Virus record (IMG/VR): IMGVR_UViG_2711768064_000002
DNA from: a virus
Lineage: Duplodnaviria > Heunggongvirae > Uroviricota > Caudoviricetes
Length of the DNA stretch: 35,802 nucleotides
Strand: one strand, 5' to 3'
The notes under the pieces are model-generated. The model was not told where the DNA came from. It ran no database searches and saw only the letters and a list, made by a program, of their open reading frames with translations. A program made the translations under genes and the position numbers. The first letter of the stretch is position 1. Each line of letters opens with the position of its first letter. Of the stretch, positions 7,593-17,699 are shown one piece after another.

Positions 7593-9860
7593 TTGGTTAT
7601 GAATAATAACTCTAAGTTATTAAGCTCTATCTCGGTTGAATCTGATTTCGAGAACCTTATAAAACTATATGCAAATGAGTTATTTGGTGGTGAAACATAT
7701 CTGATCGGTGGTCCTTGGGATAATGGAAAGGATTTGGTAATAAAAAAGGGGAATAGAGAGTTAAAGCAAGCTGTACAAATATCTATTCAAGAGAAAAATA
7801 TTGAAAGTAAGATTGCTCAAGATATTAAAAAAGTGGCGAAATTGGTTGATGATCATTATTACCCGCCTGTATTATATTTTTTTTGGAGTCATTCAATATC
7901 TGAGCATTTATTGGATAAGATAAGAACAAATGCTCTTAAGGAAGATTTGATTAGATTGGAGTTTTATGATGCCAAACGGATCTCTCAAGATATTACAGAT
8001 AAATACCCAGGGTTATTGAATTACTTAATAAAAGATATACATAAGATAAGTTCTAATACTGAAGATGCAATTAACTTGCAACAAAGAGCATTTTATGAAT
8101 ATTTATTGTTAAGCAAAGATAGTGCTAATTTAAAAAATGAAATAATAAAAGCTAGTATTATGTCTAATTTATATGATGGCGGGAAGTCTGCTGATGATAT
8201 TCTAGAGAATCTAAAAGGTGTTAGTCTTACAAAACGTAGTTTACAGGGTAGACTGCAAAACCTAATTCATCAAAATAAAATTAGATTGAATGATGGTATA
8301 TATAGCCTGTCACCAGAGGAAATTAAAAAGCTTGAGAATATAAATCTCCGTGAAATTGTCAGAAAAGAAGAGTTGTTATCAGTAATAAATAATGAGTTGC
8401 CCAGAAATACAAGTAAGAATCTGGCTGTTCAAGTTGTTGATTTAATAATAAAGGCTTATGAAGAATCAATAAATGTCCAATTAACAGAAAGTAAATTTGA
8501 GCCTCCAAAATTACAGATATTCAAAACTATAGTACATAATTTAAAGGTGTTGATACGGCAGGAATATGATTTGGATGATGAGTCTTCGGATGCTTTAGCA
8601 AAAAAGCTAATGGAGTTGGCTGGTCAAAATGACTATTTATCCGAGCATTGCTCTGCTAAATTATGTGTGAATCTTTTAAGTGATCGGAAATTAGAGAAAT
8701 ATATTGAAAATAAAAATTTTTATATCTACTTTGATGCGCCTGTTCTTATTCCATATTTGATAACTCTTATGTTTGGAGATTTTGAGCTTTTTGATAAGTC
8801 GATTAAAAATATAAATTTACTGAGAGAGTGCATAAATCCCCTCAAAAATAAACATCTGAGAGTTTCTAATGAACATTTTGAAGAAACTGCAAGGCACTAC
8901 TCTGAAGCTGAAAAATTAAGTCAGTTTGTAACTGAAGATTTAATTAGTCAACTTGGTGAGTCGAAAAATGTATACTTTAATGTTTATATGCGGTGGAAAA
9001 ACAAACAGCCTAAACGTACAGATTTTTACGATTTTACTTATGCTTTTCTAGGGTTGGATAAAGATGATATTTATGCGGGGTATAAGCATGACACATTTGC
9101 GCAATGCATTCATAATTTACTAGCGTCAGCAAATATTGTTGTAATTGATAATAAAGACTCGGTGTCACAAGACTTTGTATTTAAAATAAAGCAAAAACTT
9201 AAAAGGGATTTGAATTCTTCACGTCCCGTTCGAGCCATAGAAAATGATGTTATATGTGCTGCAACTTTGAGTGATGAAACCCTACATCTTGATTCCAATG
9301 GTTACTTCAGTACTCCCATGCTAATAACACTTGATAGATCTCAATATCTATTGAGAAGCATAGTAAGAAATGAAAGGAGACATGCTGAATGGTTGGTTTA
9401 TACCCCTCAAAGAGCAATTGAACGTCTTTCCTTGGTGGGTTTAAAAATATCATCGGAATCGTTAAAGGATGGTGTTTTAGCAACCATATCAGAAGAATAT
9501 TTCTTTAAAGAAAGTTCCAGTAGTTTGATTGATACTTTGGCTATTATCATTGGAGATAATCAAGCAAGGCAAGGAGATGTTATTAGGCTTGCATCGCTTT
9601 TAAAAAGAAAGGTCAATGAGGAATCTATTGAGAATTCAGAAATTGATATTGAACACTATAATAACATTAGTTATGTGCTTCTTTTCATTCATCGTGAATT
9701 TAAATCTGAATTTTCAAATATAATAAAAATTTTTGCTGAGGATAGTAGGCGAGATAAACTGGTTGAAGTTTTGTTATCCACTATTCAAGGAGTTTTTGAT
9801 GAGAGTAAAAAGGAAATCTTGCGCTCAAATATAGGACGGTTGTTGGCTGAAATGGGATGA
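7593..9860 (+). CDS. Cargo protein of unknown function, 755 aa, AT-rich; possible N-terminal PD-(D/E)xK/Mrr-like nuclease fold
   Basis: Long uninterrupted ORF with Lys/Asn/Ile-rich composition unlike the GC-rich phage backbone. Motif weakly similar to Mrr-type nuclease cores: DNGKDLVIKKGNRELKQAVQISIQEK. Possible Rx4H at RNERRH. Confidence 0.85.
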   Translation: MVMNNNSKLLSSISVESDFENLIKLYANELFGGETYLIGGPWDNGKDLVIKKGNRELKQAVQISIQEKNIESKIAQDIKKVAKLVDDHYYPPVLYFFWSHSISEHLLDKIRTNALKEDLIRLEFYDAKRISQDITDKYPGLLNYLIKDIHKISSNTEDAINLQQRAFYEYLLLSKDSANLKNEIIKASIMSNLYDGGKSADDILENLKGVSLTKRSLQGRLQNLIHQNKIRLNDGIYSLSPEEIKKLENINLREIVRKEELLSVINNELPRNTSKNLAVQVVDLIIKAYEESINVQLTESKFEPPKLQIFKTIVHNLKVLIRQEYDLDDESSDALAKKLMELAGQNDYLSEHCSAKLCVNLLSDRKLEKYIENKNFYIYFDAPVLIPYLITLMFGDFELFDKSIKNINLLRECINPLKNKHLRVSNEHFEETARHYSEAEKLSQFVTEDLISQLGESKNVYFNVYMRWKNKQPKRTDFYDFTYAFLGLDKDDIYAGYKHDTFAQCIHNLLASANIVVIDNKDSVSQDFVFKIKQKLKRDLNSSRPVRAIENDVICAATLSDETLHLDSNGYFSTPMLITLDRSQYLLRSIVRNERRHAEWLVYTPQRAIERLSLVGLKISSESLKDGVLATISEEYFFKESSSSLIDTLAIIIGDNQARQGDVIRLASLLKRKVNEESIENSEIDIEHYNNISYVLLFIHREFKSEFSNIIKIFAEDSRRDKLVEVLLSTIQGVFDESKKEILRSNIGRLLAEMG

Positions 9861-9875
9861 TTTCTTGGTTATTGA

Positions 9876-9910
9876 ACGGCACTATGGTCGTTGCTTATAG
9901 TGCCGTTTTA
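9876..9910. terminator. Stem-loop terminator between cargo gene and Q 3' end
   Basis: aacggcactat..atagtgccgtt 11-bp stem followed by tttt; lies between convergent genes. Confidence 0.65.
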
Positions 9911-9951
9911 AGGTGTCGTGCCATTATGAATGGCATATCCGAGTTTATATA

Positions 9952-10986
9952 TTAGGTATCGCAAGTATCTAGTGAGTAGTTTTTAAAGCGGATGACCTCC
10001 TGACCGAGCCAGCCGTTTATCTCGCGGATCCTGTCCTGTAACGGGATAAGCTCATTGCGGACAAAGACCTTTGCCACTTTCTCAATATCGCCCAGTGACC
10101 CGACGTTCTCCGGCTTGCCGCCCATCAACTGAAAGGGGATGCGGTGCGCGTCCAGTAGGTCAGCGGCGCTGGCTTTTTTGATATTAAAAAAATCGTCCTT
10201 CGTTGCGACTTCACTGAGCGGGATAATTTTAATGCCGTCGGCTTTCCCCTGTGGGGCATAGAGAAACAGATTTTTAAAGTTGTTGCGGCCTTTCGACTTC
10301 ACCATGTTTTCGCGGAGCATTTCGATATCGTTGCGATCCTGCACGGCATCAGTGACGTACATGATGTATCCGGCATGTGCGCCGTTTTCGTAATACTTGC
10401 GGCGGAACAGCGTGGCCGACTCATTCAGCCAGGCAGAGTTAAGGGCGCTGAGATATTCCGGCAGGCCGTACAACTCCTGATTAATATCCGGCTCCAGCAG
10501 GTGAAACACGGAGCCGGGCGCGAAGGCTGTCGGTTCGTTGAAGGACGGCACCCACCAGTAAACATCCTCTTCCACCCCACGGCGGGTATATTTTGCCGGT
10601 GAGGTTTCCAGTCTGATGACCTTACCGGTGGTGCTGTAACGCTTTTCCAGAAACGCATTACCGAACACCAGAAAATCCAGCACAAAGCGGCTGAAATCCT
10701 GTTGTGAAAGCCACGGATGCGGGATAAATGTCGAGGCCAGAATATTACGTTTGACGTAAATCGGTGAGCTGTGATGTACGGCAGCACGCAGGCTTTTTGC
10801 CAGACCGGTAAAGCTGACCGGTGGCTCATACCATCTGCCGTTACTGATGCACTCGACGTAATCCAGAATGTCACGGCGGTCGAGTACCGGCACCGGCTCA
10901 CCAAAGGTGAATGCCTCCATTTTCGGGGCGCTGGCGGTGATTGTTTTTGCCGCAGGTTGCGGTGTTTTCCCTTTTTTCTTGCTCAT
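9952..10986 (-). CDS. Q: Portal protein Q, 344 aa
   Basis: Size identical to P2 Q; leftward late operon next to cos; start overlaps P stop. Confidence 0.92.
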   Translation of the reverse strand: MSKKKGKTPQPAAKTITASAPKMEAFTFGEPVPVLDRRDILDYVECISNGRWYEPPVSFTGLAKSLRAAVHHSSPIYVKRNILASTFIPHPWLSQQDFSRFVLDFLVFGNAFLEKRYSTTGKVIRLETSPAKYTRRGVEEDVYWWVPSFNEPTAFAPGSVFHLLEPDINQELYGLPEYLSALNSAWLNESATLFRRKYYENGAHAGYIMYVTDAVQDRNDIEMLRENMVKSKGRNNFKNLFLYAPQGKADGIKIIPLSEVATKDDFFNIKKASAADLLDAHRIPFQLMGGKPENVGSLGDIEKVAKVFVRNELIPLQDRIREINGWLGQEVIRFKNYSLDTCDT

Positions 10987-12758
10987 CAGTAAAACTCCAG
11001 AATGGTGGATGTCAGCGGGGTGCTGATACCGGCGGTGAGTGGCTCATTTAACAGGGCGTGCATGGTCGCCCAGGCGAGGTCGGCGTGGCTGGCTTCCTCG
11101 CTGCGGCTGGCCTCATAGGTGGCGCTGCGTCCGCTGCTGGTCATGGTCTTGCGGATAGCCATAAACGAGCTGGTGATGTCGGTGGCGCTGACGTCGTATT
11201 CCAGACAGCCACGGCGGATAACGTCTTTTGCCTTGAGCACCATTGCGGTTTTCATTTCCGGCGTGTAGCGGATGTCGCGCGCGGCAGGATAGAACGAGCG
11301 CACGAGCTGGAACACGCCGACACCGAGGCCGGTGGCATCAATACCGATGTATTCGACGTTGTATTTTTCGGTGAGTTTGCGGATGGATTCCGCCTGGGTG
11401 GCAAAGTCCATGCCTTTCCACTGGTGACGCTCAAGTATTCTGAATTTGCCACCGGCAACCACCGGCGGTGCCAGTACCACGCATCCGGCGCTGTCGCCAC
11501 GGTGTGACGGGTCGTAACCAATCCAGACCGGGCGTGAGCCGAACGGATTGGCGGCAAACGGCGCATAGTCTTCCCATTCTTCCAGCGTGTCGACCATGCA
11601 GCGTTGCAACTCCTCGAACGGGAACACCGACGCCTTGTCGTCAACAAATTCACACATGAACAGGTTTTTAAAATCGTCGGCGCTGTTTTCGCGTTTGAGC
11701 TGCTCAATGTCGAACAGCGTGCAGCCGCCTTTCAGGGCGTCCTCAATGGTGACAATCTGCCGCCACTGGCCGTCCGCACAGAGAAGACCTCCGGCAAGTG
11801 CGTTATGACTGACGTCGATTTCCACGCGTTCAGCGGCGCTGGCGCGTCCCCGGTTAAACAGTTCACCCGACCAGAACGGGTAGGCGTCGTGCGCCAGCGT
11901 GGACGGGGTGGAGAAATAGGTCGAACGCAGGTGACTCTGTGAGGCCATACCTGATGCCACCTTACGCAGTACCTGAAAATTCGGGATCCAGAAAATCTCG
12001 TCGACGTACAGGTCGCCGTTATGGCTCTGCGCGGTGTTGGAGTTGGTGCCGAGAAAAATCAGTTTTGCGCCGTTATTGCCCAGGACAATTGGGTCACCGG
12101 TCAGGTCAACGTCAACCAGACGGGCAAAGGCGATGATGTATTCGCGGAACACATACGCCTGCGTTTTACTGGCCGACAGAAAAATCTGGTTATGGCCGGT
12201 TTTCAGGGCGCGCAGCAGCGCCTCGCGGGAAAAATAAAACGTTGCGCCAATCTGGCGGGATTTCAGGATATCGCGGATGCGGTGCTCAAGCCCGGCGCGA
12301 TACCAGTGCAACTGATATTCGAAAGACTGCTCAAAGAAAATCTGCTCCAGCTTTTCGATGGCTTCGTCGCTGAAAAAATTCTTTTTCGGTTTGCGGCGCC
12401 CGCCTTTGTTGCGGTTAGCGACGTTCGGATTAAGGTCTGCCTCGTTGCCGGTCTGACTGTAGCGGTTGACCCGCGCCAGCCGTTCAATCTGGCGTCCCAG
12501 CAGGTCAATTTCCTTGAAGTCACCGCCGGTTTTCTGCGGTTTGATGATGAGCTGGGTCAGCCGCGCTTCCAGACTCATTTCGACACGGCTGATGGGGGCA
12601 ACGCTGTCCCAGCCGTCGCGCTGTTTCCAGCTCTGCACCGTCGGGCGTTTCATCTGCAACATGGCGGCAATCTGCGGCACGGAAAACCCCTGCCAGTACA
12701 GCAGCGCCGCCTGACGACGCGGGTCGTGTAAAAGAGTGGTGTCTGTGGTGATGGTCAT
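10986..12758 (-). CDS. P: Terminase large subunit P (ATPase), 590 aa; ORF extends to 12788
   Basis: Start at MTITTDTTLLHDPRR gives 590 aa as in P2 P; Walker-like ATPase context; translationally coupled to Q. Confidence 0.92.
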   Translation of the reverse strand: MTITTDTTLLHDPRRQAALLYWQGFSVPQIAAMLQMKRPTVQSWKQRDGWDSVAPISRVEMSLEARLTQLIIKPQKTGGDFKEIDLLGRQIERLARVNRYSQTGNEADLNPNVANRNKGGRRKPKKNFFSDEAIEKLEQIFFEQSFEYQLHWYRAGLEHRIRDILKSRQIGATFYFSREALLRALKTGHNQIFLSASKTQAYVFREYIIAFARLVDVDLTGDPIVLGNNGAKLIFLGTNSNTAQSHNGDLYVDEIFWIPNFQVLRKVASGMASQSHLRSTYFSTPSTLAHDAYPFWSGELFNRGRASAAERVEIDVSHNALAGGLLCADGQWRQIVTIEDALKGGCTLFDIEQLKRENSADDFKNLFMCEFVDDKASVFPFEELQRCMVDTLEEWEDYAPFAANPFGSRPVWIGYDPSHRGDSAGCVVLAPPVVAGGKFRILERHQWKGMDFATQAESIRKLTEKYNVEYIGIDATGLGVGVFQLVRSFYPAARDIRYTPEMKTAMVLKAKDVIRRGCLEYDVSATDITSSFMAIRKTMTSSGRSATYEASRSEEASHADLAWATMHALLNEPLTAGISTPLTSTILEFY

Positions 12759-12931
12759 GAATACCTCGCCGTGATGAATACACGGCAAGGCTACTGAGTC
12801 GCGCCCCGCGATTCGCTAAGGTGCTGTTGTGTCAGTGATAAGCCATCCGGGACTGATGGCGGAGGATGCGCATCGTCGGGAAACTGATGCCGACATGTGA
12901 CTCCTCTAATCACTATTCAGGACTCCTGACA
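12759..12931. promoter_or_regulatory. Divergent late promoter region (PP/PO), Ogr-dependent
   Basis: Intergenic between divergent P and O; contains TGT..ACA-type elements (ctgttgtgtcagtg...gacatgtgac). Inferred from P2 organisation. Confidence 0.5.
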
Positions 12932-13786
12932 ATGGCAAAAAAAGTCTCAAAATTCTTTCGTATCGGCGTTGAGGGTGACACCTGTGACGGGCGTGTCATC
13001 AGTGCGCAGGATATTCAGGAAATGGCCGAAACCTTTGACCCGCGTGTCTATGGTTGCCGCATTAACCTGGAACATCTGCGCGGCATCCTGCCTGACGGTA
13101 TTTTTAAGCGTTATGGCGATGTGGCCGAACTGAAGGCCGAAAAGATTGACGATGATTCGGCGCTGAAAGGCAAATGGGCGCTGTTTGCGAAAATCACCCC
13201 GACCGATGACCTTATCGCGATGAACAAGGCCGCGCAGAAGGTCTACACCTCAATGGAAATTCAGCCGAACTTTGCCAACACCGGCAAATGTTATCTGGTG
13301 GGGCTGGCCGTCACCGATGACCCGGCAAGCCTCGGTACGGAATACCTGGAATTCTGCCGCACGGCAAAACACAACCCCCTGAACCGCTTCAAATTAAGCC
13401 CTGAAAACCTGATTTCAGTGGCAACGCCCGTTGAGCTGGAATTTGAAGACCTGCCTGAAACCGTGTTCACCGCCCTGACCGAAAAGGTGAAGTCCATTTT
13501 TGGCCGCAAACAGGCCAGCGATGATGCCCGTCTGAATGACGTGCATGAAGCGGTGACCGCTGTTGCTGAACATGTGCAGGAAAAACTGAGCGCCACTGAG
13601 CAGCGCCTTGCTGAGATGGAAACCGCCTTTTCCGCACTTAAGCAGGATGTGACTGACAGGGCGGATGAAACCAGTCAGGCATTCACCCGCCTGAAAAACA
13701 GTCTCGACCACACCGAAAGTCTGACCCAGCAGCGTCGCAGCAAGGCCACCGGCGGTGGCGGTGATGCCCTGATGACGAACTGCTGA
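12932..13786 (+). CDS. O: Capsid scaffolding protein O, 284 aa
   Basis: Start MAKKVSKFF preceded by RBS; size equals P2 O. Confidence 0.9.
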   Translation: MAKKVSKFFRIGVEGDTCDGRVISAQDIQEMAETFDPRVYGCRINLEHLRGILPDGIFKRYGDVAELKAEKIDDDSALKGKWALFAKITPTDDLIAMNKAAQKVYTSMEIQPNFANTGKCYLVGLAVTDDPASLGTEYLEFCRTAKHNPLNRFKLSPENLISVATPVELEFEDLPETVFTALTEKVKSIFGRKQASDDARLNDVHEAVTAVAEHVQEKLSATEQRLAEMETAFSALKQDVTDRADETSQAFTRLKNSLDHTESLTQQRRSKATGGGGDALMTNC

Positions 13787-13844
13787 CCGGCGTCAGTCAG
13801 TCCGGGAAAACCTTCACGATTAACCCTTAATTTCAGGAAAAACT

Positions 13845-14918
13845 ATGCGCCAGGAAACCCGCTTTAAATTTAATGCCTACCTGTCCCGTGTTGCCGAACT
13901 GAACGGCATCGACGCCGGTGATGTGTCGAAAAAATTCACCGTTGAACCGTCGGTCACCCAGACCCTGATGAACACCATGCAGGAGTCCTCTGACTTTCTG
14001 ACCCGCATCAACATTGTGCCGGTCAGCGAAATGAAAGGGGAAAAAATTGGCATCGGTGTCACCGGCTCCATCGCCAGCACCACCGACACCGCCGGTGGCA
14101 CCGAGCGTCAGCCGAAGGACTTCTCGAAGCTGGCGTCCAGTAAGTACGAATGCGACCAGATTAACTTCGATTTTTATATCCGCTACAAAACGCTGGACCT
14201 GTGGGCGCGTTATCAGGATTTCCAGCTCCGTATCCGTAACGCCATTATCAAACGCCAGTCCCTTGATTTAATCATGGCCGGTTTTAACGGCGTGAAGCGT
14301 GCCGAAACCTCTGACCGCAGCAGCAATCCGATGCTGCAGGATGTGGCGGTCGGCTGGCTGCAGAAATACCGCAATGAAGCACCGGCGCGCGTGATGAGCA
14401 AGGTCACTGACGAGGAAGGGCACACCACCTCTGAGGTCATCCGCGTGGGTAAGGGCGGTGATTATGCCAGCCTCGATGCACTGGTGATGGATGCGACCAA
14501 CAACCTGATTGAGCCGTGGTATCAGGAAGACCCTGACCTTGTGGTGATTGTGGGGCGTCAGCTGCTGGCGGACAAATATTTCCCCATCGTCAACAAGGAG
14601 CAGGACAACAGCGAAATGCTGGCCGCTGACGTCATCATCAGCCAGAAACGCATCGGTAACCTGCCAGCGGTACGCGTCCCGTACTTCCCGGCGGATGCGA
14701 TGCTCATCACGAAGCTGGAAAACCTGTCCATCTACTACATGGATGACAGCCATCGCCGCGTGATTGAGGAAAACCCGAAACTCGACCGCGTGGAGAACTA
14801 CGAGTCAATGAACATTGATTACGTGGTGGAAGACTACGCCGCCGGTTGTCTGGTGGAAAAAATTAAGGTCGGTGATTTCTCCACACCGGCTAAGGCGACC
14901 GCAGAGCCGGGAGCGTAA
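13845..14918 (+). CDS. N: Major capsid protein N, 357 aa
   Basis: Size and position as P2 N. Confidence 0.92.
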   Translation: MRQETRFKFNAYLSRVAELNGIDAGDVSKKFTVEPSVTQTLMNTMQESSDFLTRINIVPVSEMKGEKIGIGVTGSIASTTDTAGGTERQPKDFSKLASSKYECDQINFDFYIRYKTLDLWARYQDFQLRIRNAIIKRQSLDLIMAGFNGVKRAETSDRSSNPMLQDVAVGWLQKYRNEAPARVMSKVTDEEGHTTSEVIRVGKGGDYASLDALVMDATNNLIEPWYQEDPDLVVIVGRQLLADKYFPIVNKEQDNSEMLAADVIISQKRIGNLPAVRVPYFPADAMLITKLENLSIYYMDDSHRRVIEENPKLDRVENYESMNIDYVVEDYAAGCLVEKIKVGDFSTPAKATAEPGA

Positions 14919-14921
14919 CCG

Positions 14922-15665
14922 ATGACGAGTCCCGCACAGCGCCACATGATGCGGGTCTCGGCAGCGATGACCGCGCAGCGGGAAGCCGCCCCGCTGCGAC
15001 ATGCAACTGTCTATGAGCAGATGCTGGTTAAGCTCGCCGCAGACCAGCGCACACTGAAAGCGATTTATTCAAAAGAGCTGAAGGCCGCGAAAAAACGCGA
15101 ACTGCTGCCGTTCTGGTTGCCGTGGGTGAACGGCGTGCTGGAGCAGGGCAAAGGTGCACAGGATGACATTCTGATGACGGTCATGCTGTGGCGTCTGGAT
15201 ACCGGCGATATTGCCGGTGCGCTGGAGATTGCCCGTTATGCCCTGAAGTACGGTCTGACCATGCCGGGTAAACACCGCCGCACCCCGCCGTACATGTTCA
15301 CCGAGGAGGTGGCGCTCGCGGCCATGCGTGCTCACGCTGCCGGTGAGTCTGTGGATACCCGCCTGCTGACGGAGACCCTTGAACTGACCGCCACGGCTGA
15401 CATGCCTGATGAAGTGCGCGCAAAGCTGCACAAAATCACCGGTCTGTTTCTGCGTGATGGTGGTGATGCCGCCGGTGCGCTGGCGCACCTGCAACGTGCG
15501 ACACAGCTTGACTGTCAGGCAGGCGTCAAAAAAGAGATTGAACGACTGGAGCGGGAGCTGAAACCGAAGCCGGAGCCGCAGCCCAAAGCGGCCACCCGCG
15601 CCCCGCGTAAGACCCGGAGCGTGACACCGGCAAAACGTGGACGCCCGAAAAAGAAAGCCAGTTAA
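14922..15665 (+). CDS. M: Terminase small subunit M, 247 aa
   Basis: Size and position as P2 M; basic Lys/Arg/Pro-rich C-terminus. Confidence 0.9.
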   Translation: MTSPAQRHMMRVSAAMTAQREAAPLRHATVYEQMLVKLAADQRTLKAIYSKELKAAKKRELLPFWLPWVNGVLEQGKGAQDDILMTVMLWRLDTGDIAGALEIARYALKYGLTMPGKHRRTPPYMFTEEVALAAMRAHAAGESVDTRLLTETLELTATADMPDEVRAKLHKITGLFLRDGGDAAGALAHLQRATQLDCQAGVKKEIERLERELKPKPEPQPKAATRAPRKTRSVTPAKRGRPKKKAS

Positions 15666-15764
15666 CAACCGAATGCGCCCCGCGCCAGGGCGGCACGCCG
15701 GTCAGTGAGGGTGAATCACCTGACGCTGTACCGGCGTCCACCGCCCGACTTTTCAGAGGTAGTC

Positions 15765-16274
15765 ATGATGACGCTGATTATTCCGCGAAAGGAGGCTCCC
15801 GTGTCCGGTGAGGGTACGGTGGTCATCCCGCAACCGGCAGGCGACGAGCCGGTGATTAAAAACACGTTCTTTTTTCCCGATATCGACCCGAAGCGCGTCC
15901 GGGAACGTATGCGCCTTGAGCAGACCGTCGCCCCCGCCCGTCTGCGTGAGGCCATCAAGTCAGGCATGGCGGAGACGAATGCGGAGCTGTACGAGTACCG
16001 CGAACAGAAAATTGCCGCCGGTTTTACGCGTCTGGTGGACGTTCCGGCGGACGACATCGACGGTGAAAGCATCAAAGTTTTTTACTACGAGCGCGCCGTG
16101 TGTGCGATGGCGACCGCGTCGCTTTATGAGCGTTACCGCGGCGTGGATGCCAGTGCGAAAGGCGACAAGAAGGCCGACAGCATTGACAGCACCATTGATG
16201 AGCTGTGGCGGGATATGCGCTGGGCGGTGGCGCGTATCCAGGACAAGCCGCGCTGCATCGTGAGTCAAATCTGA
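15765..16274 (+). CDS. L: Capsid completion protein L, 169 aa; ORF opens at 15705
   Basis: Start at MMTLIIP gives the P2 L length. Confidence 0.85.
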   Translation: MMTLIIPRKEAPVSGEGTVVIPQPAGDEPVIKNTFFFPDIDPKRVRERMRLEQTVAPARLREAIKSGMAETNAELYEYREQKIAAGFTRLVDVPADDIDGESIKVFYYERAVCAMATASLYERYRGVDASAKGDKKADSIDSTIDELWRDMRWAVARIQDKPRCIVSQI

Positions 16275-16477
16275 TGAAGACCTTTGCGCTACAGGGCGAC
16301 ACGCTCGACGCCATTTGTGTCCGGTATTACGGGCGCACTGAGGGCGTGGTTGAGACCGTGCTCGCCGCAAATCCGGGACTGGCTGAACTGGGCGCGGTGC
16401 TGCCACACGGCACCGCCGTCGAACTGCCCGACGTTCAGACCGCGCCCGTGGCTGAAACTGTCAATCTGTGGGAGTAA
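16274..16477 (+). CDS. X: Tail protein X, 67 aa
   Basis: MKTFALQGDTLDAICVRYYGRTEGVV recognised as P2 X; ATGA start/stop overlap with L. Confidence 0.88.
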   Translation: MKTFALQGDTLDAICVRYYGRTEGVVETVLAANPGLAELGAVLPHGTAVELPDVQTAPVAETVNLWE

Positions 16478-16480
16478 CGC

Positions 16481-16762
16481 ATGACAGCAGAAGAAAAAAG
16501 CGTCCTGTCGCTTTTCATGATTGGGGTGCTGATTGTTGTCGGCAAGGTGCTTGCCGGTGGTGAACCCATCACCCCGCGTCTGTTTATCGGGCGCATGTTG
16601 CTCGGTGGTTTTGTCTCGATGGTTGCCGGTGTTGTTCTGGTGCAGTTTCCTGACCTGTCACTGCCTGCGGTGTGCGGCATCGGCTCCATGCTGGGTATCG
16701 CCGGTTATCAGGTGATTGAGATTGCCATTCAGCGCCGCTTTAAGGGCAGGGGGAAACAGTAA
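16481..16762 (+). CDS. Y: Holin Y, 93 aa
   Basis: Small protein with hydrophobic helices (LSLFMIGVLIVVGKVLAGG..., MLLGGFVSMVAGVVLV) immediately upstream of the endolysin. Confidence 0.88.
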   Translation: MTAEEKSVLSLFMIGVLIVVGKVLAGGEPITPRLFIGRMLLGGFVSMVAGVVLVQFPDLSLPAVCGIGSMLGIAGYQVIEIAIQRRFKGRGKQ

Positions 16763-17259
16763 TGCCGGTAATTAACACGCATCAGAATATCGCCGCCTTT
16801 CTCGACATGCTGGCCGTGTCCGAAGGGACGGCGAACCATCCGCTGACGAAAAACCGGGGCTATGACGTGATAGTCACCGGACTGGATGGAAAGCCGGAAA
16901 TCTTCACCGACTACAGTGACCACCCGTTCGCACATGGCCGACCGGCGAAGGTGTTTAACCGTCGCGGTGAAAAATCCACGGCCTCCGGTCGCTATCAGCA
17001 GCTTTACCTGTTCTGGCCGCATTACCGCAAACAGCTTGCCCTGCCGGATTTCAGTCCGTTGTCACAGGACAGACTCGCCATTCAGTTGATCCGCGAACGC
17101 GGTGCGCTGGATGACATCCGGGCGGGACGCATTGAGCGCGCCATTTCACGCTGTCGCAATATCTGGGCGTCCCTGCCGGGTGCCGGTTACGGTCAGCGTG
17201 AGCATTCACTGGAAAAACTGGTCACCGTCTGGCGTACCGCCGGCGGCGTACCGGCTTAA
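16762..17259 (+). CDS. K: Endolysin K (lysozyme), 165 aa
   Basis: Position after the holin; size matches P2 K. Confidence 0.9.
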   Translation: MPVINTHQNIAAFLDMLAVSEGTANHPLTKNRGYDVIVTGLDGKPEIFTDYSDHPFAHGRPAKVFNRRGEKSTASGRYQQLYLFWPHYRKQLALPDFSPLSQDRLAIQLIRERGALDDIRAGRIERAISRCRNIWASLPGAGYGQREHSLEKLVTVWRTAGGVPA

Positions 17260-17273
17260 ACGGAGTAAATACC

Positions 17274-17699
17274 ATGAAGAAATTATCCCTTTCACTGATG
17301 CTGAACGTGTCGCTGGCGCTGATGCTGGCACTGTCCCTGATTTACCCGCAGAGCGTGGCCGTCAGTTTTGTCGCCGCCTGGGCGATTCTGGTGACGGTTA
17401 TCTGTGTGGTTGCCGGTGGTGTCGGCGTGTATGCCACTGAGTATGTGCTGGAACGCTACGGGCGGGAGCTGCCGCCGGAATCGCTGGCCGTGAAGATTGT
17501 CACGTCGCTGTTTTTGCAGCCGGTGCCGTGGCGCAGACGGGCGGCGGCTCTGGTAGTGATGGTGGCGACGTTTATCTCGCTGGTCGCTGCCGGGTGGATT
17601 TTTACTGCGCTGATTTATCTCGTGGCATCGGTGTTTTTCCGGCTGATACGTACGGCCTGCCGTCAGCGTTTTGAGGGGCGGGAACCATGTCAAAGCTGA
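17274..17699 (+). CDS. lysA: Lysis timing protein LysA (membrane), 141 aa
   Basis: Multi-TM hydrophobic 141-aa protein after K, as in P2. Confidence 0.85.
   Translation: MKKLSLSLMLNVSLALMLALSLIYPQSVAVSFVAAWAILVTVICVVAGGVGVYATEYVLERYGRELPPESLAVKIVTSLFLQPVPWRRRAAALVVMVATFISLVAAGWIFTALIYLVASVFFRLIRTACRQRFEGREPCQS

Noticed and set aside
12021-12731. 236-aa plus-strand ORF antisense within terminase gene P, plus several similar ORFs in 11058..12783
   Set aside because: All embedded in the P coding region on the opposite strand; GC-rich shadow frames with no independent support.
15069-15668. 199-aa minus-strand ORF antisense to terminase small subunit M
   Set aside because: Arg/Gly-rich shadow ORF inside a conserved late gene.
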